A stretch of DNA of 64,000 bases from Eledone cirrhosa (taxonomy: Eukaryota). A program made the position numbers and the translations under genes. Numbering within the stretch: the stretch's first letter is position 1; the number at the start of each line of letters is the position of its first letter. Under the pieces are notes generated by a model. The model made no database searches. It was not told the origin of the DNA and saw nothing but the letters and a program-made list of their open reading frames with translations. This document shows, piece by piece, positions 42,883-55,950 of the stretch. The stretch lies in assembly GCA_964016885.1 (NCBI GenBank), contig OZ024751.1:29264001-29328000 (forward strand). The letters run 5' to 3'.

Positions 42883-43210
42883 TTAAATAGTAATGGTTTC
42901 AGATTTAGGTATGAGGTCAATAGCTTTGGGGAAGGAAGGGAAACATTGATTAAATAAACCCCAGTGTGTTATTACTTTATTTTATTGATTCCGTAAGGAC
43001 GAAAGGCAGGATTTGAACTCAGAATATAAAGAGCCTGTAATTCTATGCCACAAGCATGTTCTCTGATGCTCTACCAATCCTCCAAACCCATTTTCGGTGA
43101 AATTATAGTTTTACCTAGAGAACAATTGTTAAGTTATATCCCAAACATCAGCTTAATAATGAGAAAGTTAGTTATCCATTTAGCATTTACATTACTCTCT
43201 CTCTCTCTCT

Positions 43211-44866
43211 ATCATCATCATCATCATCATCAACGTTTAACGTCCGTGTTCCACGCTTGCATGGGTTTGGACGGGGGTAGTCCCACTTGAGGCAAGAGTG
43301 ATTGTCTTGCTCGCATAGGACTGTCTGGCAGGTTTTCTACAGTTGGATGCCCTTCCTAACACCAACCACATTTACAGTGTGGGTCTGGGAGGTTTTTACC
43401 GTGTTGCCTACACGGCCACATTACAGCGTGGACTGTGTGTTTTTTTGTCGTGACACCTACACGATCTCATTTGTTTCGGCCTCGATGGCGCGGCACCAAC
43501 ATAACTTTACATAGAACGGGGTGGTGTGGATCGGGTGGGGGTGGTGGTGGTGGGACGGGGTGTATTTTGTTAGAGATGCCTACTGGCTGGAGTAGGTTTT
43601 ACTATATATTTAGGTAAGGCGGGTCTTCTCTGTTACTGAGTACCGCCAAAGGTCTCGGTCCAGTGACATTGTCTTGGAGAGGTGTAAGTGTGTGATGTCG
43701 GAGTTTATCAGCTCGTCCCAGGTTTTTCTAGGTCTGCCTATTCCCTGACTACCGTCTATCTTTATTGCCCTGCACTTTGTTATACAGCTATCGACTTTCA
43801 TGCGCATCACGTGTCCATACCAACGTAGCCTTCTCTCGAGTAAACAACATCTGATCCCTCTTATCTCTAATTTTTTCCTTAGTTCGTTTATGCTTTGCCG
43901 TTCACGTATATTACTGTTACACATCCAGCGGAGCATACAAGCTTCGTTCCTCTCTAGTCTGCGTATATCCTCTGCACACAATGCCCAGGTCTCACTGCCA
44001 TGCAGCATTGCTGTTCGTATGCAGGCATCGTACAACCTGCCTTTCATTTTTAGTGAGAACCCTTTAGCAGCTAATAGTGGTATAAGCTCTCTGAACTTTT
44101 TCCAACCAGTTCTGACCCTAGCTACAGTACTTTCAGAGCACCCTCCCCCACTGCTGATTTTATCGCCCAGGTAACGGAAGCTGTCCACTATTTCTATAGA
44201 ACCCTCTGCGCAATTGAAAGAGCTAGTAGTTTGTGGGCACTTGCTGCTACTTATTGCACCAGAGCACCGGCCACATGTAAAATCTATGTTCTTAGTTAGC
44301 TTACCTGTGATCCCACTACATCTTTTATGCACCCATACTTTGCATTTAGGACATAAAATGGAGTTTCTACCTACGCCTTTCCTACACACCGAACACGACC
44401 ATTTCCCAGAAGGGACCGCCGCCTTGTTTTCTTTCCTACAAACTAGTACTTTGGTCTTAGCCAGGTTAATTTTAAGTCCTTTTGACTCTAGGCCGTGCTT
44501 CCATGTTTGGAATTTCTTCTCTAGCTCGGCCATTGATTCCGCTATGAGTGTCAGGTCGTCTGCGTATAGGAGTTCCCATGGGCAGCCTGTCTTGAACTCC
44601 TCTGTTATAGCCTGAAGGGCAATAATAAATAGTAGTGGACTGAGAACAGAGCCCTGATGGACGCCAACTTTTACGCTAAACTCTTCACTATATTCGTTGT
44701 TAATTCTAACCTTGCTGACTGTTTCTTTATACATGGCTTGTATAGCCCTCACAAGCCATTCGTCAACGCCTAGTTTTCTAAGAGCCCACCAGATAATGGA
44801 GCGGGGGACTCTGTCGAAGGCTTTCTCCAAGTCGACAAAAGCTAAGTAGAGGGGTTTACCTTTAGC
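43211..44866 (-). mobile_element. 5'-truncated RTE-clade LINE, inserted into a MITE family 1 copy
   Basis: RT ORF, about 390-nt 3'UTR, (TGA)n tail; MITE sequence tagcatttacattactct resumes after 44867 as atatactattgtatt. Confidence 0.95.
43610..44866 (-). CDS. RTE ORF2 fragment: reverse transcriptase with internal PHD finger and C-terminal region
   Basis: AFVDLEKAFDRV, GVHQGSVLSPLLF, YADD (44555-44566), KTK, C4HC3 finger, FRYLG, GSETW, RLRWYGHVMR; more than 400 uninterrupted codons; no true start (truncated). Confidence 0.95.
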   Translation of the reverse strand, partial: AKGKPLYLAFVDLEKAFDRVPRSIIWWALRKLGVDEWLVRAIQAMYKETVSKVRINNEYSEEFSVKVGVHQGSVLSPLLFIIALQAITEEFKTGCPWELLYADDLTLIAESMAELEKKFQTWKHGLESKGLKINLAKTKVLVCRKENKAAVPSGKWSCSVCRKGVGRNSILCPKCKVWVHKRCSGITGKLTKNIDFTCGRCSGAISSSKCPQTTSSFNCAEGSIEIVDSFRYLGDKISSGGGCSESTVARVRTGWKKFRELIPLLAAKGFSLKMKGRLYDACIRTAMLHGSETWALCAEDIRRLERNEACMLRWMCNSNIRERQSINELRKKLEIRGIRCCLLERRLRWYGHVMRMKVDSCITKCRAIKIDGSQGIGRPRKTWDELINSDITHLHLSKTMSLDRDLWRYSVTEKTRLT

Positions 44867-44930
44867 TATATATATATATATATATATATACTATTGTATT
44901 TTTTGCAGTAAAGGCTTTATATCACATTAT

Positions 44931-45112
44931 ATTGGCAGTATCGGTAGAGGGTCGGACGCCATGCTTTGCAGCACAGTTACATCCCTTTACGGACTGAGTT
45001 CAAATCCCGCCGAGGTTAACTTTGCCTTTCATCCTTACAGGGTCGATAAAATAAAGTACCAGTAATGTACTGGGTAATTGCTGGCCTTGTGCCAAATGTA
45101 GAAACAATTATT
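44931..45112 (+). mobile_element. SINE-A within the same MITE
   Basis: Standard SINE-A; MITE right part continues 45110-45225. Confidence 0.88.
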
Positions 45113-45634
45113 TATTTTGAGAACCGTACCTTAACATCAGTATGAGTGGCCAATTGCAGCCGGTTTGAACAGAAAGAAGTGAGAGAATTCTTGCTGGATA
45201 TGGCCGGTTTAAATGCTAAAGTGCTAAATTACTAAATAACTCCAAATTCTTGCTTATTTTCTAATTCATTTGAAAACCATGGGCAGTGATTTTCATTGGA
45301 AATATGGTAACAAAAAAGGATTAATGAATTGATCGAGAAAAAGTAATAAATGCCGAAAACAACACCAGTGAGATTTGAACATGGAGCATAACAGAGTCAG
45401 TTTAAGTACTTCAATGTATTTAGTGTAGCATTTTTTAATTTTTGTGTGTTGGGGCTGGGCTTCTGTTTAGTGCCACATTACCATTCTACAACTTCACCAC
45501 ACAGTCAGTGTAAATATTGGTGAGCTTTGAAGTCTGCAGTGTGTTTGTGTGTGTGTGTATATATATTACATATGTGTGTGTATATATATATATATGTGTG
45601 TGCGTGTGTCTATATATATATGTGTATGTGTGTG

Positions 45635-45665
<31 letters not shown>

Positions 45666-45984
45666 TGGTGTGTGTGTGTGTGTATATATATGTGTGTGTG
45701 TGTCTATATATATATATGTGTATGTGTGTGTATGTATATATATATATTGGTGTGTGTGTGTGTGTGTCTATATATATATGTGTATGTGTGTGTATGTATA
45801 TATATATATTGGTATGTGTGTGTGTGTGTGTCTACATATATATGTGTATGTGTGTGTATGTATATATATATATTGGTGTGTGTGTGTGTCTATATATATA
45901 TGTGTATGTGTGTGTATGTATATATATATATTGGGGTGTGTGTGTGTGTGCGTGTGTATATATATGTGTGTGTATGTGTGTATT

Positions 45985-46015
<31 letters not shown>

Positions 46016-46216
46016 ATGTGAATATATATATATATGCCTGTGTGTATTTTATCGTTTATATTAAAAAAAGTTGCAATGGTGAGGATTAGTAATTTTATGA
46101 GTATTAGTAATTTTATGGTTGTTTTAAAGTATGTTTAGACAAGTATTATGTTTTGCATATGAACATGCTACATTGTAAGTGTGTATGTGAGTGTGTTAAT
46201 ATGTGTGTGTACACAC

Positions 46217-46253
<37 letters not shown>

Positions 46254-46594
46254 GTGTGTGTAAATATGTATATATATATATATGCGTGTGTGTTTGAATA
46301 TGTTTATACATTTATGTGTGTATATATATGTGTCTATGTGTGTGTGTGTAAATATATGTATATATATATATGTAAATGTGTGTGTGTCTATGAAGACAGT
46401 GTTGTATGTTAATGTAGCTATGCTATTGGAAGTAAATTTGGTGGATAAATATTAGAAAAAGAAAAAAAGAAAAAATATATATTAAAGAAGTTACTGTTGT
46501 TACAAATAACACAACTGCAACAACAATAGTAAAAAAAATATAAAAATCCCCAAAAGAACGAACAAATTTCAAACAAGAACCATCCCCCACCAAC

Positions 46595-46627
<33 letters not shown>

Positions 46628-46747
46628 TATAAAACCAAAAGAAGAAAAATGAAAAAATTTCAAACAAGGAAAAACACCCTCCAATATATATATATATACA
46701 TACATATATATATATATATACACACAGATAGATATATATAGATAGAT

Positions 46748-46780
<33 letters not shown>

Positions 46781-46969
46781 CATACATACATACATACATA
46801 TATATATATACATACATGTATATATACATACATGTATATATACATACATGTATATATACATAGTTGATTAAGTCCCTGTTCAGTACTGTGTATAGCTTGA
46901 AGAAAGTCTGGCAGACATTTTTAGGGAGGAAACTCTGTTGTTCCTTGACCCCTTAGGATAAAACGGTAG

Positions 46970-47078
46970 CACTATTGATCTTGCCAACCCCTTCTTCATA
47001 TTCCACAAAATCAGTTACCTACTTGAAGAAGTCTCAATCCAGCTGGGCGTTCACTACTTCAAGCTAGTAACTAACTAA
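46970..47078 (+). CDS. Candidate terminal exon, paralog 1 (TIDLANPFFIFHKISYLLEEVSIQLGVHYFKLVTN*); 5' boundary uncertain
   Basis: Codon-level homology with 49056-49118 including synonymous differences. Confidence 0.5.
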
Positions 47079-47234
47079 CATGAAGAGATACACCATATAA
47101 CTTTAGCTCACATCACATCTTTTTACAGGTTTTTAGCTTTTTCTTTTGTTTTGTTGTTTGTTTGTAATTTTTTTTGATTTCATTCAACATCACAAACTAC
47201 CATTTCTTCTCAGCCTCCTCTTCTTTCTTTCTAC

Positions 47235-47279
<45 letters not shown>

Positions 47280-47411
47280 TTCCTTTCTTTCTTTCTGCTT
47301 CTTATGCTTCGTTTTACTATTCTTTCTTCTTCTTCTTTTTCTTCTTCTTCTTCTTCTTCTTTCTTACCAAGTCTTTCTTTTCATCTACTTTATCCATTTC
47401 TTTGTATATGA

Positions 47412-47450
<39 letters not shown>

Positions 47451-47495
47451 TGCATGTATTTATATGTATACATATATATGTCTCTCTCTCTCTCC

Positions 47496-47542
<47 letters not shown>

Positions 47543-48158
47543 TACACATACATGTATATAATTTCTCACTTTGTTTTATTTCTAATTTCACTTAGACCCA
47601 TCTCTCACTCTCTCTTGCTCTTTCACACTCTCTCTCTCTCTCCTTCACACACTCTCTCCTTCTCACTAATCTTTGTTCCATCTAATCCCAGTATCCCTTC
47701 TCTGTCACAATTTCTCCCTCCTCTCCCCTTCCCTCCACCTCCCGCCATTTTTCTCATCTCCTCTTTGGATTCTTCAACCATTGATCAATGCCTCTAGACA
47801 TTCTTATTCTCAGACATTCTTACTCAGCTATTGCAGAAGATTTCTTTATCTTACTTTATTCTCATTCTTATTCTCATTCTTCTATTCCAGATTTTTTTTA
47901 AAAATCTCTTTCTTATATATATATATATATATATATATTAATATATATATATACACACACACACATACATAAATGTGTGTATTTGTAAATATGTATGTAT
48001 GTGTGTCTGTGTATATAGATCTCTATATATATATATATAAGTATTTATATGTATATATATATATGCAACGGTGATGATTATATATGTGTGTGTATATATA
48101 TATATATATATATGTATATTTATATATATATATATATATATATGTACATATGTATATT

Positions 48159-48205
<47 letters not shown>

Positions 48206-49030
48206 ATGAGTGTGTCCATGTGTGTGTTTTTGTGTGAATGTGTGTACGAATGTGTAGATTTTTTTTCTTTTCTTCTGCTTACAACTTGGTGGTGTTCCCA
48301 TTGGTATGTAGCATTGATCTATCTTGGCATCAGAAGGAGTTGTAGACACTGTGGAGGCCTACAAACACTTGACTCTATACTTCTGGGGTGGATATGCAGT
48401 AAGTCTTCAGTCAACTAAATGAAATAAAATTTACTGAATAAAACAAAAAAAAAAATAAATAAATAAAAAATAAAAAATAAAAAAACAGCAAAAAATGTTC
48501 TATTTCTATTCTTATAGAGCCTCTAAAGTTTGTATATATACATGTGTGTGTGAGTAAGTGTATATATTTATATATATAGGTGTGTATGTCTATGTGTATT
48601 TATGTGTGTGTATTTGTATATATGTATTTATGATGTATATATATATATTATATATATTTAGATGCTTCTCTCTCTATATATATATATATATATACACACA
48701 CAGTAGCAGTTGTTGATAGTTGTAAGTTTTGCACCAATATTAAATTGCTATGGATAGTAAATGCGGAAAAAGAAAGGGGGCAAAAAAAAAAAGGCAATAT
48801 CTTCGTTTATTAAATCAAGAAAAATAAAACACTGGAAAAAAATTATTTTTTCTCTAAAAATTATATATTTTGGGTTTTCCTGTATGTTGCTAACTAAAAT
48901 AAGGACCCATATATAAAAAAAAAAATTACATAATGATGGGTAGATTAAATTTTATCGTTAAATTTTGTTGTAAGATTACAAACTGTTGTGGTGTTGTTTT
49001 TGTTGTACTTGTATAGAATTGATCTCCTAG

Positions 49031-49118
49031 TCCTCCTTCTGGATTTCTTAGAAGCAGTTACCTGCTTCAACAGATATATTTTGAGCTTGGTGTTCGCTAC
49101 ATGAACTTGTACTACTAA
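49031..49118 (+). CDS. Candidate terminal exon, paralog 2 (PPSGFLRSSYLLQQIYFELGVRYMNLYY*)
   Basis: Acceptor tgatctcctAG, phase 2; homology to 47013-47078. Confidence 0.5.
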
Positions 49119-49674
49119 ATTCTTAACATACATACACCAAACACTTTCAAGAAACTTTGCTTCTGTTACCTGTTTCATCATCATCATCATCATCATCATT
49201 ACTGTTTTACGTCCATTATTCGACACTAGGTTAGGTTAGATGGGTTGTCCTGTTGTGGGCAATGCCAGGTCAGGTGACCATGTCTTGCTCATACAGAACT
49301 GATTCTGGCATGATTTCTACAGCTGGATGCCCTTCCTAACACCAACCTCATTGACAGTGAGTACCGGGTGCTTTTTTACCGTGGCGCCTACACGACCCCT
49401 TTACAATGTGGACTGTTACTATATTTCTAATGAAAGAACCTGTCTATGGTTTTCAGTTAATTTTGAAACAATCAAGAATTTGGAAGGATTTAGTAACATA
49501 AGTAAATTTCTCATTCTTAAACTAGTACTTGGTACATAACTTAACCTATTCATTTCATGCTCAGAGATGCTGAAGCATAGAACAAACTACTTGCATCAGT
49601 TGTTAGCTGTCGGGACACTTCATCCTTCAAAACTTCCATGCTTACTGAAATTCGTCAACACTACACCTTTATAT

Positions 49675-50022
49675 GGAGGCACATGGCTTAGTGGTTAGAG
49701 CATTGGCTTTGCAATCGAAAGGTTGTGAGTTCAATTCTCAGACCGGGTGATGTGTTGTTTCCTTGAGCAAGACACTTTATTTCACATTGCTCCAGTTTAC
49801 TCAGCTGTAGAAATGAGATGATATGGACTGGGGTCCATATCATTCCACTGCAAAGTGGTCGTGGAGGTGCCACGGCAAAAAAAAGCACCCACCACTCACT
49901 GTAAATGAGGTTGGTGTTAGGAAGGGCATCCAGCTGTAGAAATCACCCAGAATCAGTTTCCGTCCCACCCTTGCAAGCAGGGAAAAGCGGACGTAAAATG
50001 ATGATGATGATGATGATGATGA
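49675..50022 (+). mobile_element. SINE-B with RTE family-2 tail
   Basis: A box 49684-49694, B box 49729-49737, core; ends CGTCCCACCCTTGCAAGCAGGGAAAAGCGGACGTAAAA(TGA)n. Confidence 0.9.
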
Positions 50023-50251
50023 TTGCTAGTGATAAACACTGCCTGTGGTTTTCAGTTAATTTCGAAAATTAATCAAGAATTTGGAGTGATTTAGTAAAAT
50101 GGCTAACTTTCTCATTATTAAACTAGTGTTTGGATGATAATTGTTTCTACTTTGGCACAAGGCTAGCAATTACCCCAGTGCATTACTGGTACTTTATTTT
50201 ATTGACCCCGTAAGGATGAAAGGGTAACCTCAAGTTACCCTTTCATTACCA

Positions 50252-50433
50252 TATTGCCCAGCATGTGACTGCGGGGACCCTGACCAGACTGTGTTGCATG
50301 TTCTTCAGGATTGCCCTCTCAGACGTTATCCTGGTGGCCTTGAGGCTGTCCATAGTGCTTCAAATAATGCCTTGGACTGGCTCGCCGGTCTTGTCCTGCA
50401 CTTTAGTTACTGTGCATATGTCATACAACAACA
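50252..50433 (+). mobile_element. 3' end of a Vingi/Ingi-like LINE (CCHC knuckle)
   Basis: CPACDCGDPDQTVLHVLQDCPLRRYPGGLEAVHSASNNALDWL; ends CATACAACAACAA. Confidence 0.7.
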
Positions 50434-51091
50434 AGATGTTATCCAACCATCTTCCTGGGGGTCTACCCTGAGTCTCTTGCCTGAAAAATCTGTCCAGCAA
50501 TTCTTTCCTGAGACATTCTAACCACAAGTTCAGGACCAACAAAAAAAATATATATATATTTATCATAAGACAATATTAAGACCCTAACATTGATTTTAAA
50601 GGCACTACAAATCTATCTATCAAATCTATGAGTGAAATTGTTCAGTGTTTTAGAGAAACCTGATCTCTGCACCAATTCTATTTGGAGAAGAAGAAGAACT
50701 AGAAAGCAAGGAAGGATGGAAGGAATAATAATGTTGCGAGACAAGGTAAACAGGAATGAAAACAATGCCATTTATTTCATTAGGAAAATAATGTTAAGAT
50801 TTGTCTGGAAAATATAATTTTTTAATTTAATATTTGCAATTTAGACACAAAATTGAATGTTCGTGCACGGAAACCCATAAACACTCACACACACCCACAC
50901 ACTCTCACATACACATTGACATTCACGCATACAACCTATTTATATCTTCGTATAAATCACTATATATATATACAAACCTACTTATATATACATATACACA
51001 CATATATATATAGACACATATATATACACATACATGCATATATATATATTTCAATTTAGGTGAATAACCCAAGATTTTATAGTTCATTGTA

Positions 51092-51139
<48 letters not shown>

Positions 51140-51349
51140 GGTACATGATATTCTCAATAAGCAAGCAAAGGATATGATGATGATGATGATGATGATGATG
51201 AAGTGTCTGGCAGGGTGGCGTGGTGGATGATAAACTAATGTTAGAAATGATGAAGTGTTTAGAGGGTGACTACAGTAAACTATTAGTAAATAATTTTACC
51301 TTTAAAAACATCTATTAGTAATAATAATGTTGTTTTATTTTGGCATGCT

Positions 51350-52620
51350 AACTACTGTTATTGTTTTTTTTGTCTGTAGTTGTTGTTGTTGATGTTATTG
51401 TTGCTACTACTGTTAGTATTGTTGATGTTGTTAACGTTAGTAATATTCTTGATGTTGTTGTTGGTATTATTGGTGTTGGTGGTAGTATTATTGTTGGTGG
51501 TGTTGGTGTTGGTGGTAGTATTATTATTGGTGTTGGTGGTAGTATTATTGTTAGTAGTGGTGGTGTTGGAGTTGGTGGTATTGGTGTCACTGTTGTTATT
51601 GTTGCTGTTGTAGTTGTTGGTGTTAGTGTCAGTTTTGTTGTTGTCAGTTTTGATAATGTTGGTGTTAGTGTCACTGTTGTTGGTGCCAGTGTTGTTGTTA
51701 TTAATGGTGGTGTTGCTGATGTTGTTGTGTTGGTACTGTTGTTGTTCTTAGTGGCAGTGGTGTTTGTGGTAGAATTGTTGTTGGTAGTGTCATTGTTGTC
51801 AATGTTGTTGTTGTAGTTGTAGTTGGTCTCCCTATTGTTCATGTCAGTTTTGATAGTGTTGGTGTTGGTGTTGGTGTTGGTGCTGTTGTTGTCAGTGATG
51901 TTGGTGTTGGTGCCACTGTTGTTGTTGTAGTGGTAGAATTGTTGTTGGTAGTGTCATTTTTGTCAATATTGTTGTAGTTCTCATTGTAGTCGTAGTATCA
52001 AAACTACATCTGTTACATAAGGATGTTGTTGTTCTTGGTCTTGCTGTTAGTGTTGTTAATAATGCTGGTGCTAATGTTGTTGTTGTGGTTGTAGTATCCA
52101 CACTATATCTGTTACATAATGTTGTTGTTGGTATTGTTGTTGTTGTTAGTGGTGGTGGTGGTAGTGTTCTTTGTTGAATTGTTTTGTTGTTGGTAGTGTA
52201 ATTCTTGTCAATATTGTTGTTGTAGTTGTTGTACTAACAAAACTACATCTGTTACATAAGGATGTTGTTGGTCTTGGTGTTACTGTTGTTTATGATGTTG
52301 CTATTGGTGTTGATGTTGATATTGGTGTTGTGAGTAGTGTTACTGTTAGTTTTGGAGGTGGTGGTGGTATTTGTGTCACTGTAATTAGTGTTGTTGGTGT
52401 TGTCACTATTGTTCATGTCAGTTTTGATAATGTTGGTGTTGGTGTTACTGTTGTTAGTAATACTAGTACCAATATTGTTGTTCTAGTTGTCATAGTTGTC
52501 TCAAAACTACATCTGTTACATAAGGGCGTTGTTGTTGTTACTGTTGGTCTTGGTGTTACTGTTGTTAGTGGTACTGATGTTGTTGTTGTTTCTGTATCAA
52601 AACTATATCTATTACATAAT
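51350..52620. repeat. Degenerate (GTT/GGT)n tract with five interspersed copies of a ca(a/c)aacta(c/t)atct(g/a)ttacataa-like motif
   Basis: Motif at about 51998, 52099, 52238, 52502, 52598. Confidence 0.85.
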
Positions 52621-53390
52621 TTAGTATTTATTAATATCATGATTTTTAAACAAGACAGTTATTTTTAACAAATTAATTTAATCAAATCACGCATTCCTTA
52701 CTCTCTTTTGTCATCAAGATGTTCTGGAGAAAAAAAAAAATTCCCCAAACTATTTACTGATTTATTTATTTATTTGTTTATTTTATTTTTATCTTTAATT
52801 TCATTTTATTTTGTATTTATTTATTTTTATTTTTAATTTTATTTAATTTTCTATTTTGTATTTAGTTTGTATTTTTATTTTTATCTTTAATTTTATTTAA
52901 TTTTTGTTTTTATTTATTTTTTATTTTTATCTTTAATTTTATTTTATTTTATTTATTTTTATTTTTATGTATTTATTTTTTATTTTTATTTTTATTTTTA
53001 TTTTCATTTTTATTTTTATTTTTATTTTTATTTTTATTTTTATTTTTATTTTTATTTTACTGTAAAGTATGTAATGTAGAGTATACATCAAAGAACGGGA
53101 AGCTAAATGTTGAAATTTAATAATTACTTCAATTTAGGGTAATCTTTCTAAAAGTGAAATTAAAAAGAATAATAAAATAATCAACAAACTATTATTCAAG
53201 TGCTGGCTAAGCATCTGTTCACTGTTACTGATGCCTGAATTTAACATCTCTCTCTCTCTCTCTCTCAGTATGTCTGTGTCTTTCTTTCATTATCTCTCTC
53301 TCTCTATCATGTATCTCTCTCTTTGTCAGTATGTCTGTGTATTTCTCTCACTATATCTCTCTCTCTCTATCATGTCTATGTCTCTCTATC

Positions 53391-53440
<50 letters not shown>

Positions 53441-53659
53441 CAATATGTCTATCTCTCTCTCTCTCTCTCTCAGTATGTCTCTCTGTTCCTCTATGTGTTT
53501 GTACGTCTGTCTGTCTCTCTCGCCATATCTCTCACCCCTCTCTCTCTCTCTCTCTCTCTCTTATCTCTCTCACTCTCTCTCTCTCTCTTTTCTCTCTCTC
53601 CTCTGCTCTCTTCTCTCTCTTTCTCTCTCTTCTGTCTACTCTCTCTCCTTGACCAAAAG

Positions 53660-53771
53660 ATTTATTTCAAACCGAGCACCAACGAAGACAATAGAGTTTG
53701 ATAAACAAGTGCTTTGGATTGGTTGCTGGAATGATTCCAAAGAAGGGTATATGGCACCTCAAATGGAGTGA
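53660..53771 (+). CDS. Candidate exon (FISNRAPTKTIEFDKQVLWIGCWNDSKEGYMAPQME*)
   Basis: Follows a long CT tract and AG, phase 2, 36 open codons; no recognised homology. Confidence 0.22.
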
Positions 53772-54049
53772 CTCAGTTTCCGCTAAACTGGCTGGAACCA
53801 CTATGTTGAGGAGGAGGGAGAGAGGAGGAGGATAGCCATAAATGGTTTGAGTGCTAAGCTCTGTTCTATTGTTGAATATATATATAACAAACATGGCTGT
53901 GATGAGACTTCATCGTCTGCTTACAATGATGAAACACAAGCAGAAAAACTTAAGAAATTATAGGAAATTTAGTGAATAACAATGAAGAATGGCTCAAGCA
54001 GAAAATCTGGCTATAAATATGACCTAGATGAGTGTCTAAAGAAATTCAC

Positions 54050-54117
<68 letters not shown>

Positions 54118-54685
54118 ATATATATATATATATATTTATATAAATACATATATATAAATATGTGTGTATATGTATATATGTATATATGTATGTATATATA
54201 AATATGTGTGTATATATATGTCTATATATATATATATAAATAATATGAGTGTGTGGATGTGTGTGTTTTGTCTTTGAGAATGCTAGACGTTGCAAAATTT
54301 GCTGTTCTTTGAAAATGCTTATCCTACTGGAATGTTTTAATTAAAATAGTGTTTGTATCCCAAGAAGTTTTTCCTTAAAGAATTTACAGCAAAGAGTTTG
54401 ACATCTATTCTTGTAGATAGATACCTAGGTTCTTATTTAAAGAAATGGTATTTAAAGAAATGATAATTAAATTTATTAATGAAACAAAAGTAAATAAAAA
54501 AAATGTATAGTGTTAAAATATATTTTTAGTAAACCTTTAAATAATTTCTTTAGTAATTTTTTTAGTCTTCATATGAGAAAGTAGAATTTTATATATTGTC
54601 TATATTTAGGGTTTCTTAAACCCCATTTGCGATCAACCCAACCAAAACTGACTCTGTTTTTATGAAACAAAGTCACTCATTTTAA

Positions 54686-54908
54686 ACCTTTAGTATCTAA
54701 ACCGACCATATCCGGCCGGAATTCTTTCACTTATTTCTGTTCAAACTGATCATAACTGGCCACTCATACTGATGTTAAAATATTGTCCTCAATAAAAATA
54801 ATATCAAAATCTCATAGATTCGATATTATGTGAGATAATTATGTAAGATAAAACCTTTATCATGAAAATATAATAATATATATATAGATTAATATAAATA
54901 CTAAAGGG
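54686..54908 (-). mobile_element. piggyBac-like MITE family 1 nested in MITE family 2
   Basis: catt-TTAA-[element]-TTAA-aggg versus the empty site cattTTAAaggg at about 34559-34570. Confidence 0.85.
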
Positions 54909-55723
54909 TTAAAGGGTTCCTCTTTACTCCTTTAGCATTTACATTACTCTATATATACTACCCATGCTAGCGTGGAAGATGATGATGATGATACTATATT
55001 ATGTAATGTGAAAGAAGAAACTGGAACATTTTTTTCTTATACTCTGATGAAGGAAATTTTAAGTCCTGAAATATTAGGACAAAAGCAACAATAACAAAAA
55101 CAAACAAAGATTACCTGGTAACTAAATTTTTCATTACTGTCATCTTATTGTCTATTTTGCATTGTTTAACCTTATATAACTTTCCAAATTATATAATATA
55201 TTATATACAATACTTCAAGCAAACTACATTTACATTACTCTATATATACTATTATATTTTTGAGGTAAAGGTTTATCTCACATAATATTTACATTGCTCT
55301 GTATATACTATTATATTTTTGTGGTAAAGGTTTATCTCACATAATATAGAATCTATGAGATTTTGATGTTATTTATTTTGAGAACCATACTTTAACATCA
55401 GTATGCGTGGCTGGTTACTGCCAGTTTGAATGGAAAGAGGTGAGAGAATTCTGGTCAGTATGGCCAGTTTAAATGTTAAACGGTTCAGTTAAAATCTTCC
55501 AACATAATTTAATATCCTAATATCCTAAGTTACATAATTTAATGCCCTAAGTTACTATCTTAGTAATGAAACAATTAATAATTTTAGTAAATCTCCCCAA
55601 TTCGTCATTAATTAATTTATTTAAAAAAGTTTATGACTAAATCCACTGAAGAAATTCAAAGATAACACCTGTTTAGTCAGTTTGTGTGGATGTGTGACAT
55701 TTTGTATCTGCTTTTTTAAAAAA

Positions 55724-55950
55724 TAATGAGATGGTTGGGTCATGTGTAGAGGAAGGGTATAAATGATTAGGTAAGAGGAATGATGGAAATGAATGTGGAA
55801 GGATGTAGATGAAGGGTAAAACCAAGAAAGCCACAGCTAAAACCATAGTGATTGATGAGGATGGTTGCAGATGGTATAAAAAGTGGAGAAGATTGCCATG
55901 GGGCCACTGCAAGGTTAATCCCTGCTTTAGCTGAGAAAAATAAATCTTAA
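55724..55950 (+). mobile_element. Decayed RTE C-terminal fragment
   Basis: MRWLGHV*RKGIND*VRGMMEMNVEGCR*RVKPRK. Confidence 0.7.

Noticed and set aside
43800-44615. Plus-strand 124-aa and 133-aa ORFs
   Set aside because: Antisense shadows of the RTE ORF
48945-49226. 93-aa minus-strand ORF
   Set aside because: Codon-aligned antisense of the candidate plus-strand exon; the paralog at 47 kb has stops on this strand
49675-49745. tRNA gene
   Set aside because: A and B boxes belong to a multi-copy SINE head; no complete cloverleaf
55036-55085. CTGATGA-agga..tcct-GAAA as a functional HHR
   Set aside because: Core and stem II are good but stem I is broken; counted only as a weak relic
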